Source: Macrostomum lignano (lineage: Eukaryota). Taken from it: DNA of 15,625 nt. Positions 1 to 8,589 of this stretch are shown here, piece after piece (position 1 is the stretch's first letter; each line of letters begins with the position of its first letter). The stretch is from the NCBI GenBank assembly GCA_002269645.1, contig NIVC01005255.1:1-15625 (forward strand), in the 5' to 3' direction. The translations under genes and the position numbers were made by a program. The notes under the pieces were generated by a model. The model searched no databases. It was not told the origin of the DNA and worked only from the letters and a program-made list of their open reading frames with translations.

Positions 1-106
1 ATTACACAGGGCAGCCTATTGAAAGGCCAGATAATAAAACAAATTGATGGCGCAACCGATTTCACACAGTCAGTCAGTATCAGTCTCAGTTAAAGTTAAC
101 AAAAAC

Positions 107-116
107 ATTGCGCAAT
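107..116. promoter_or_regulatory. ATTGCGCAAT palindrome (C/EBP-type bZIP consensus); also at 2336, 2728, 5083, 7624, 8026, 9867, 10351, 12191, 14398, 14866
   Basis: Perfect 10-bp palindrome matching the C/EBP consensus; binding is not shown, motif match only. Confidence 0.3.
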
Positions 117-868
117 CTAAATCAACCCTCCAATACACAGCAGCAGTGAGAAGTTGAACCCTCCCCAACTTTATCTATTACGTCTCGCAAAACTGAGTAC
201 AATCTTTGCAGCAAGTTAAAAGTATGGAAATAGTTTTTCAAATGCTGTGGCTTTTCTTTTCATATTTAAAGCAAACAACTTATATCCCCGAACTCAGCGT
301 TGCAAGATCTTTCAGCAATATAAGTTTCTCCTCTCAAAGTTTAAAACTCGAGGAACAGTTAGCGTTTAAAATTTACCGATTTCCCGACTGCTTGCTAGAG
401 AAGCTCGCAAGTTTATTCATTGAATTTCACTGCCCAGCTAATACACAGGGCCGATAATAAAACCAATTGAATCTCGGCACAGTTCTATCTGTTACAACAG
501 CTATGTACACTCAGTCCAAGCCCAACCCCCCGTTCCGGGGGAATCATTAAATTTAACTCAACCCCTCAACTCGCGGGGGGTTTTATTTGCATTGAACGCA
601 GAACACGCGCACCCACCACCACCCCTCAATACACAGCGGCCCGCGGGCGGAGGTTGGGGTGGCTATTTTTACAAACTGGCTGAAGCCCCAGGCAGAGTGG
701 CAAAAGAAGGTCATTGGGGGTCAAAAAGCAGTTTTCTGCTTTTTTGAGGATTTAGAAATTAAAATTTCAGAATTAAAAATAGCCTATAGCCGACCTCGGA
801 TAATTTCCAATCTTCCCATATAAGTTTCAACGCTGAGTTGGCACTATTCAAGGAGGAGTTGTCGAAAT

Positions 869-900
869 GACAGACAGACACACAGACAGACAGACAAACA
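869..900. repeat. (GACA)n / (GTCT)n microsatellite near element 5' end; equivalents at 3071-3102, 5847-5878, 8369-8400, 11056-11087, ~12946-12968, 15565-15596
   Basis: GACAGACAGACACACAGACAGACAGACAAACA; copy B has an (AC)n variant and copy F a CAAA-rich variant. Confidence 0.9.
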
Positions 901-930
901 ACGCGTCAACTTTAGTATATACGAGTGGAA

Positions 931-946
931 CTCCTCCTTCGGAGAG
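931..946 (-). other. 3'-terminal hairpin of copy B (imperfect, one base missing from one arm)
   Basis: + strand CTCCTCC-TTC-GGAGAG versus GGAGGAG in the other copies. Confidence 0.6.
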
Positions 947-1084
947 AAAGGGGAAGAACTCCCATCACCGGAATTCTATTCCCTGAAATATCCATCAACT
1001 GAAATTCCATGTCTTTAACCCTATCTTCCAAATCGTCTCCAAATTCTTTACAAAATCTTTCAAAGACCATAGCTCAAAGACTCT

Positions 1085-1788
1085 CAAGTCTCTCATATCT
1101 CCTCTCTCCTCTCTCTCATCTCATCTCTACCCCTGCTCCCTTATTTATCTCTTCTCCCTCGTCTTTCGTCTGTACCTTCTCCTGTCTTCTGTCTCCTCTC
1201 TTCACTCTTATCTCTCCCTCTTCTCTCCTCTCTCATATGTCATCTCTACTCACTTATCTATCGTCTCTCTTAACCCTCTCTTTCTCTTCTCTTTTCTCTT
1301 CTCCCTGCTCTCATTTCTCATATTTCATATACGCTCTGACACTACTTTCTTGTCTCCCATCTTTCTTCCTCCTTTTCACTATCCCCTGTCTCTTCTCTTC
1401 TCTCTTTTCTATTCTCTCCATTCTCTCTTTTCTCCTTTCCTTGCTCCTTTCATCTCTCTCCTCTCTCCTCACTCTCTTCTCCTTTCGCTTCTCTCTCCTC
1501 TCTCTCCTCTCATCTTTACTACCTTATTTATATCTTCTCCCTAGTCTTTCGTCTGTACTCTCTCCTGTCTCCTCTCTCCCCTCCTCTCTCATCCCTCATC
1601 TCCTCATCTCACTCTTTCTTTCTCCTCTACTCTCCCCTCTCTTCTATTGCCTCTGTACGCTCTTATCCCTCATCTATTCTCTCTCCTATCATCTCCAATC
1701 TGTCATGTCTAATCTCTCCACTCAATTATACTCTGTTTTCTATCATCTCTCTCTCTTCTCTTTTCAGTCTTCTCTTTACTCTCTTCTC
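1085..1788 (+). repeat. CT-rich polypyrimidine low-complexity tract, copy B
   Basis: Nearly G-free CT-rich sequence ending at the conserved CTGACTGATTGAAGATGCC. Confidence 0.92.
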
Positions 1789-1818
1789 TGACTGATTGAA
1801 GATGCCAAATCCATCAAG

Positions 1819-2160
1819 ATCCTCTCCGCGAAGCAAAAATCCTGTCTGTGCAACTAAAAACCATCGAAATCCTCTCAGTGAAACTGGACTCCTTCGAAAT
1901 CCTCTCCTTGAAACTTAAATCCATCAAAATTGTTCCATAAAACAGAAATCAATCATAAATTATCTCCGCGAAACAGAAAGCCTCTCCGTGAAGCTGAACA
2001 TGATCGAAATCCTCTCCGTGAAACTGAACACCATGGAAATCCTTTCGTGAAACTGAACATCATCGAAATCCTCTCCACGAAACAGAAATCTTCTCCGTCA
2101 GAATTTAAACATTGAAATCGTCTCCGCTAAACTTGACTTAATCGAATTTTTTCCGTCAAA
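1819..2160 (+). repeat. Minisatellite with ~30-bp unit (CCATCGAAATCCTCTCCGTGAAACTGAACA) and ~20-bp variants, copy B
   Basis: Tandem GAAATCCTCTCCGTGAAAC cores. Confidence 0.88.
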
Positions 2161-2181
2161 CAACTCAACTCGCCAGATTCA

Positions 2182-2215
2182 TTAGGGTTAGGGTTAGGGT
2201 TAGGGTTAGGGTTAG
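2182..2215 (+). repeat. Interstitial telomere-type repeat (TTAGGG)5 TTAG, copy B
   Basis: Direct reading. Confidence 0.95.
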
Positions 2216-3134
2216 AACTACGCACAGCTTCGTGTTAAAAGGCACAGATAAAAATATTGAACTAATTGAATCAATTCATTGCGCAACCGATTTCACAGTC
2301 AGTCAGTATCAGCCTCAGGTAAAGTTAACAAAAACATTGCGCAATCTAAATCACCCTCCAATACACAGCAGCAGTGAGAAGTTGAACCCTCCCCCCAACA
2401 ATCTTTGCAGATTAAAGTACAATCTTTGCAGAAAGTTAAAAGTATGGAAATAGTTTTTCAAATGCTGTGCTTTTTCTTTTCATATTTAAAGCAAACAACT
2501 TATATCCCCGAACTCAGCGTTGCAAGATCTTGCCAGCAATATAAGTTTCTCCTCTCAAAGTTTAAAACTCGAGGAACAGTTAGCGTTTGAAACTGTCTGA
2601 TTTATAGCATTGAAGTATCGAGTGTACGTTCACTGCCTGCTTGCAAGTTGATGCATTGAATTTCAATGTCCAACAAATACACAGGACTGCCCATTGAAAG
2701 GCAGGAAAACTTATCAGTAGCCATATCATTGCGCAATTATCTATAAAGTCAGCCAGTGAGCCAGGGTCCAAGTGTACACACGCAGCCACTGAGAACGCTC
2801 CCACCCCCCACTGGAAAGAAAATACACTGCAGAGATAGGGAAAAGTTGTGGCGCAATCACTAAAAATTCATGCATTTTTCAGCTCCAAGCAGAAAGAGGG
2901 GACAATTAAGATTATCAAAGGTCAAGATTCAAGTTTTCTGCTTTTTTGAGGATCTTAGAAATTAAAATTTCAGAATTAAAATAGCCTATAGCCGACCTCG
3001 GATAATTTCCAATCTTCCCATATAAGTTTCAACGCTGAGTTGCCACTATTCAAGGAGGAGTTGTCGAAATGACACACACACACACAGACAGACAGACAAA
3101 CAACGCGTCAACTTTAGTATATATACGAGTGGAA

Positions 3135-3151
3135 CTCCTCCTTCGGAGGAG
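3135..3151 (-). other. 3'-terminal hairpin of copy C (7-bp stem, GAA loop on minus strand)
   Basis: Perfect inverted repeat CTCCTCC/GGAGGAG, 9 nt from the junction. Confidence 0.8.
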
Positions 3152-3289
3152 AAAGGGGAAGAACTCCCATCACCGGAATTCTATTCCCTGAAATATCCAT
3201 CAACTGAAATTCCATGTCTTTAACCCTATCTTCCAAATCGTCTCCAAATTCTTTACAAAATCTTTCAAAGACCATAGCTCAAAGACTCT

Positions 3290-4401
3290 TACGTCTCTCA
3301 TATCTACTCTCTCCTCTCTTCGCTATTATCGTGACTCGCTTCTCTCTCCTCTCTCTCATCTCATCTCTACCCCTACTCTCTTATTTATCTCTACTCCCTT
3401 ATTTATCTCTTCTCCCTCGTCTTTCGTCTGTACCCTATCCTGTCTACTCTCCTATCTTCTATCTTATCTCTCCCCTTTTCTCTCCTCTCTCATATCTAAT
3501 CTCTAATCACTTATCTATCGTCTCCGCTCTACTTTCTCTCTTCTTTTTTCTCTCTTCTCTCTGCTCTCATTTCTCGTATCTCTTATACGCTCTCACCCTC
3601 TCCTTTCTTATCTCCCATCTTTCTTCCCTCCTTTCTACTGCATCACCTGTCTCCTCTCTTCTCTTTTCTCTCCTCTCCATTCTCTCTTCTCTACTCTCAT
3701 CTCCCCTCATCTCTTCTCTAATCTCTAATCTCTTCTCTCTCTTATTTTCTCACTCATCTCTTTTCTCATTGCATCTCTCATCTCTCCTCTCTCTCTCTCC
3801 TCTCATCTGTACTATCTTTTTTATCTCTTCTCCCAGGTCTTTCAAATTTACTCTCTCCTGTCTCCTCTCTCCCCTCGTCTTTCCTCTCTCATATCTCTTC
3901 TCTACTCACTTATATATTCTCTCTCCTCTGCTCCCCTTTTACACTTTCCTATATGCTCTCACTCTCACCCTCCCCTTTCTTATCTGCTGTTTTTACACTC
4001 CTTTCTACCACCTGTCTCCTCTCGTTTCTCTCCTCTCTGCACTCTCATCTTTACCCTCTTCTTTCTCCTCACTACTTTCTTCTCTTAAATCTCTGATCTC
4101 TGATCTTTCATCTCTCTCCTCTCACCTCTCACCTCTCTCCTCTCTTTCCTCTCTTCTATTGCCTCTGTACGCTCTTGTCCCTCCTTTCTTCTCCATCCTG
4201 TCTCCTCTCTGCAATCTCATATCTCCTCTCTCATATCCTCTCCCTTCATCTCCTCTCTCCTCTTCTCTTCTCTCTCCTTCGTTCCCGCCTTACTTTCCTC
4301 TTCTCTCCCATCTGTCATGTCTAATCTCTCCACTCATTTCTACTCTGTTTTCTATCATCTCATCTCTCTTCTCTTTTCATTCTTCTCTTTACTCTCTTCT
4401 C
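3290..4401 (+). repeat. CT-rich tract, copy C
   Basis: Same composition and same right boundary motif. Confidence 0.92.
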
Positions 4402-4428
4402 TGACTGATTGAAGATGCCAAATCCATC

Positions 4429-4915
4429 AAGATCCTCTCCGCGAAGCAGAAATCCTGTCCGTGCAACTGAAAACCATCGAAATCCTCTCCGTGAAACTGG
4501 ACTCCTTCGAAATCCTCTCCTTGAAACTTAAATCCATCAAAATCGTCTCCATAAAACAGAAATCAATCATAAATTATCTCCGCGAAACAGAAATCCTCTC
4601 CGTGAAGCTGAACATCATCGAAATCCTCTCCGTGAAACTGAACACCTTCGAAATCCTCTCCGTGAAACTGAACACCTTCGAAATCCTCTCCTTGAAACTT
4701 AAATCTATCAAAATCGTCTCCATAAAGCAGAAATCAATCATAAATTTAACTCCGCGAAACAGAAATCCTCTCCGTGAAGCTGAACATCATCAAAATCCTC
4801 TCCGTGAAACTGAGCACCATCGAAATCCTCTCCACGAAACAGAAATCCTCTTTGTCAAAATTAAAACATTGAAATCGTCTCCGCTAAACTGGACTCAATC
4901 AATTTTTTCCGTCAA
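4429..4915 (+). repeat. 30/20-bp minisatellite, copy C (expanded)
   Basis: About 17 units including a duplicated block. Confidence 0.9.
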
Positions 4916-4941
4916 ACAACTCAACTCTCCGGATTCATTGG

Positions 4942-4963
4942 TTAGGGTTAGGGTTAGGGTTAG
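4942..4963 (+). repeat. (TTAGGG)3 TTAG, copy C
   Basis: Direct reading. Confidence 0.93.
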
Positions 4964-5916
4964 AACTACGCACAGCTTCGTGTTAAAAGGCACTGATAAA
5001 CTATTGAACTAATTGAATCAATTCATTGCGCAACCGATTTCACAGTCAGTCAGTATCAGTCTCAGTTAAAGTTAACAAAAACATTGCGCAATCTAAATCA
5101 ACCCTCCAATACAAAGCAACTGACCCCCTTCCTATACACAGCGCCAGTTGGAAGTCGAAACCCCCAACTTTATCTCTCACCTCTCGCCAAAATGAGTACA
5201 ATCTTTGCAGAAAGTTTAAAGTATGGAAATAGTTTTTGCAATGCAGAGCTTTTAGTTTTCATATTTGAAGCAAACAATTTATATCCCTGAAATCAGCTTT
5301 GCAAGTTCTTTCCAGCAATATAAATTTTTTCTCTCAAAGTTAAAAACTCGAGCAACAGTTTGCGTTTGAAACTTTCTGATTTAAAGCATTGAAATATCGA
5401 TTGTACGTTCACTGCCTGCTAAAGAGGCCCGCAAGTTTATGCATTGAATTTCAAGGTTCAACAAAATCACAGGGCTGCCTATTGAAAATTAGAACACAAA
5501 TCTTTGCGCAATTGTCTATACAGTCAGCCAGTGAGCCAGGGTCCGATTGTACACAGGCAGCCATTTAGAACGCCCCATCCCCCCACTGGAGAGAAAATAC
5601 ACTGCAGAGATAGGGAAAAGTTGTGGCGCAATCACTTGAAATTCATGCAAATTTTCAGCTCCAAGCAGAAAGAGGGGACAATTAAGATTATCAAAGGTCA
5701 AGACCGCCGTTTTCTGCTTTTTTGAGGATTTTAGAAATTAAAATTTCAGAATTAAAATAGCCTATAGCCGACCTCGGATAATTTCCAATCTTCCCATATA
5801 AGTTTCAACGCTGAGTTGCCACTATTCAAGGAGGAGTTGTCGAAATGACAGACAGACACACAGACAGACAGACAAACAACGCGTCAACTTTAGTATATAT
5901 AGATAGACGAGTGGAA

Positions 5917-5933
5917 CTCCTCCTTCGGAGGAG
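5917..5933 (-). other. 3'-terminal hairpin of copy D
   Basis: Perfect CTCCTCC-TTC-GGAGGAG. Confidence 0.8.
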
Positions 5934-6069
5934 AAAGGGGAAGAACTCCCATCACCGGAATTCCATTCCCTGAATTATCCATCAACTGAAATTCCATGTC
6001 TTGAACCCCATCTTCCAAATCGTCTCCAAATTCTTTACAAACCTTTCAAAGACCATAGCTCAAAGACTC

Positions 6070-7070
6070 TTACGTCTCTCATATCTACTCTCTCCTCTCT
6101 TCGCTATTATCGTGACTCGCTTCTCTCTCCTCTCTCTCATCTCATCTCTACCCCTACTCTCTTATTTATCTCTACTCCCTTATTTATCTCTTCTCCCTCG
6201 TCTTTCTTCTGTACACTCTCCTGTCTACTCTCCTATCTTCTATCTTATCTCTCCCCTTTTCTCTCCTCTCTCATATCTCATCTCTAATCACTTATCTATC
6301 GTCTCCGCTCTACTTTCTCTCTTCTTTTTTCTCTCTTCTCTCTGCTCTCATTTCTCGTATCTCTTATACGCTCTCAACCTCTCCTTTCTTATCTCCCATT
6401 TTTCTTCCCTCCTTTCTACTGCATCACCTGTCTCCTCTCCTCTCCATTCTCTCTTCTCTCCTCTCTCTCCTCTCATCTGTACTATCTTATTTATCTCTTT
6501 CCCAGGTCTTTCAAATTTACTCTCTCCTGTCTCCTCTCTCCCTCGTCTTTCCTCTCTCATATCTCTTCTCTACTCACTTATATATTCTCTCTCCTCTGCT
6601 CCCCTTTTACACTTTCGTATATGCTCTCACTCTCACCCTCTCCTTTCTTATCTCCTGTTTTTTACACTCCTTTCTACCACCTGTCTCCTCTCGTTTCTCT
6701 CCTCTCTGCACTCTCATCTTTACCCTCTTCTTTCTCCTCACTACTTTCTTCTCTTAAATCTCTGATCTCTGATCTTTCATCTCTCTCCTCTCACCTCTCA
6801 CCTCTCTCCTCTCTTTCCTCTCTTCTATTGCCTCTGTACACTCTTATCCGTCCTTTCTTCTCTCTCCTGTCTCCTCTCTGCTATCTCATATCTCCTCTCT
6901 CATATCCTCTCCCTTCATCTCCTCTCTCCTCTTCTCTTCTCTCTCCTTCGTTCCCGCCTTACTCCCCTCTTCTCTCCCATCTGTCATGTCTAATCTCTCC
7001 ACTCATTTCTACTCTGTTTTCTATCATTTCATCTCTCTCTCTCTTTCATTCTTCTCTTTACTCTCTTCTC
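6070..7070 (+). repeat. CT-rich tract, copy D (close relative of copy C tract)
   Basis: Long near-identical stretches shared with 3290-4401. Confidence 0.92.
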
Positions 7071-7097
7071 TGACTGATTGAAGATGCCAAATCTATC

Positions 7098-7445
7098 AAG
7101 ATCTTCTCCGCGAAGCAGAAATCCTGTCCGTGCAACTGAAAACCATCGAAATCCTCTCCGTGAAACTGGACTCCTTCGAAATCCTCTCCGTGAAACTGGA
7201 CTGCTTCGAAATCCTTTCCTTGAAACTTAAATCCATCAAAATCTTCTCCATAAAGCAGAAATCAATCATTAATTATCTCCGCGAAACAGAAATCCTCTCC
7301 GTGAGGCTGAACATCATCAAAATCCTCTCCGTGAAACTGAACACCATCGAAATCCTCTCCACGAAACAGAAATCCTCTCCGTCAAAATTAAAACATTGAA
7401 ATCGTCTCCGCTAAACTGGACTCAATCGAATTTTTTCCGTCAAAC
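7098..7445 (+). repeat. 30/20-bp minisatellite, copy D
   Basis: Tandem GAAATCCTCTCCGTGAAAC cores. Confidence 0.88.
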
Positions 7446-7469
7446 AACTCAACTCTCCGGATTCATTGG

Positions 7470-7503
7470 TTAGGGTTAGGGTTAGGGTTAGGGTTAGGGT
7501 TAG
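7470..7503 (+). repeat. (TTAGGG)5 TTAG, copy D
   Basis: Direct reading. Confidence 0.95.
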
Positions 7504-8434
7504 AACTACGCACAGCTTCGTGTTAAAAGGCACAGATAAAAATATTGAACTAATTGAATCAATTCATTGCGCAACCGATTTCACAGTCAGTCAGTATTAG
7601 TCTCAGTTAAAGTTAACAAAAACATTGCGCAATCTAAATCAACCCTCCAATACACAGCAGCTGTGAGAAGTTAAACCCTCCCCCAACTTTATCTCTTACG
7701 TCTCGCAAAACTGAGTACAATTTATGCAGAAAGTTAAAAGTATGGAAGTAGTTTTTTAAATGCGGTGCTTTTTCTTTTCATATTTAAAGCAAACAACTTA
7801 TATCCCTAAACTCAGCGTTGCAAGATCTTGCCAGCAATATAAGTTTCTCCTCTCAAAGTTTAAAACTCGAGGAACAGTTAGCGTTTGAAACTGTCTGATT
7901 TATAGCATTGAAGTATCGAGTGTACGTTCACTGCCTGCTTGCAAGTTGATGCATTGAATTTCAATGTCCAACAAATACACAGGGCTGCCCATTGAAAGGC
8001 AGGAAAACTTATCAGTAGCCATATCATTGCGCAATTATCTATACAGTCAGCCAGTGAGCCAGGGTCCAAGTGTACACACGCAGCCACTGAGAACGCTCCC
8101 ACCCCCACTGGAGAAAAAAAACACTGCCAAGTTAGCAAAATTTTATGGCGCAATCACTTAAAATTCATGCAGATTTTCAGCTCCAAGCAGAAAGAGGGGA
8201 CAATTAAGATTATCAAAGGTCAAGACCGCCGTTTTCTGCTTTTTTGAGGATCTTAGAAATTAAAATTTCAGAATTAAAATAGCCTATAGCCGACCTCGGA
8301 TAATTTCCAATCTTCCCATATAAGTTTCAACGCTGAGTTGCCACTATTCAAGGAGGAGTTGTCGAAATGACAGACAGACACACAGACAGACAGACAAACA
8401 ACGCGTCAACTTTAGTATATATAGACGAGTGGAA

Positions 8435-8451
8435 CTCCTCCTTCGGAGGAG
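8435..8451 (-). other. 3'-terminal hairpin of copy E
   Basis: Perfect CTCCTCC-TTC-GGAGGAG. Confidence 0.8.
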
Positions 8452-8589
8452 AAAGGGGAAGAACTCCCATCACCGGAATTCCATTCCCTGAAATATCCAT
8501 CAACTGAAATTTCATGTCTTGAACCCTATCTTCCAAATCGTCTCCAAATTCTTTACAAAACCTTTCAAAGAACATAGCTCAAAGACTCT

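Larger units (their letters stand above)
1..921 (-). mobile_element. Copy A (partial, 5' part) of a non-autonomous Helitron-like element
   Basis: Minus-strand start TATATACTAAAGTTGACGCG plus GTCT microsatellite; the rest of the copy lies outside the window. Confidence 0.62.
922..3125 (-). mobile_element. Copy B, non-autonomous Helitron-like element (2204 bp)
   Basis: 5' TATATATACTAAAG plus microsatellite at 3125; 3' hairpin (one-base deletion) plus TTCCACTCG ending at 922; no Rep/helicase ORF. Confidence 0.68.
3126..5907 (-). mobile_element. Copy C, non-autonomous Helitron-like element (2782 bp)
   Basis: 5' TCTATCTATATATACTAAAG at 5907; 3' CTCCTCCGAAGGAGGAG-TTCCACTCG ending at 3126. Confidence 0.72.
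5908..8425 (-). mobile_element. Copy D, non-autonomous Helitron-like element (2518 bp)
   Basis: 5' TCTATATATACTAAAG at 8425 (canonical TC start); 3' hairpin plus CTCG ending at 5908. Confidence 0.72.

Noticed and set aside
206-457. Short ORFs in the 0.5 kb module and 5' module (e.g. 206-457, 2232-2453, 2580-2804, 7878-8153, 12583-12843)
   Set aside because: Starts, stops and frames differ between near-identical DNA copies; no Rep, helicase or transposase motifs.
850-986. Shine-Dalgarno-like AGGAGG followed by ATG (867) and a ~39-codon ORF
   Set aside because: The context is eukaryotic repeat DNA; the ORF crosses the microsatellite and the length-variable junction, so its frame is not conserved. 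The motif is better explained as the subterminal inverted repeat.
1009-1791. Long Leu/Ser-rich ORFs across the CT tracts (also 3214-4404, 6001-6765, 6621-7073, 11271-11795, 11423-12091, 13189-14007); B and C even share the same ATG and TGA
   Set aside because: A G-poor, CT-rich strand has few stop codons, several frames are open at once, and the frame is broken in D, E, F and G. Shared frame in two copies is easily chance. No domain is recognisable.
1788-1810. CTGACTGATTGA as a possible hammerhead ribozyme core (retrozyme-type tandem repeat)
   Set aside because: It does not match CUGANGA, and no flanking helices were apparent by eye. A covariance-model search (Infernal/Rfam) would be needed to exclude ribozymes fully.
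1819-2160. About 30-bp repeats suggestive of a CRISPR array
   Set aside because: Units are directly tandem and degenerate, with no unique spacers and no cas genes.
3135-3151. C(UUCG)G RNA tetraloop or intrinsic terminator reading of the hairpin on the + strand
   Set aside because: The 7-bp stem is in register with a 3-nt loop, not UUCG; no U-tract follows; copy F changes the loop to TCC.
4461-5012. Repetitive peptide ORFs (IEILSVKLNT-like) superficially resembling leucine-rich repeats; also 7130-7399 and 9477-9731
   Set aside because: These are translations of the 30-bp minisatellite; the 20-bp variants shift frame and ORF extent differs in every copy.
7470-7503. True chromosome end or telomere fusion
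   Set aside because: Blocks are only about 3-5 units, all in one orientation and embedded at the same site in each unit; there is no inverted TTAGGG/CCCTAA junction.
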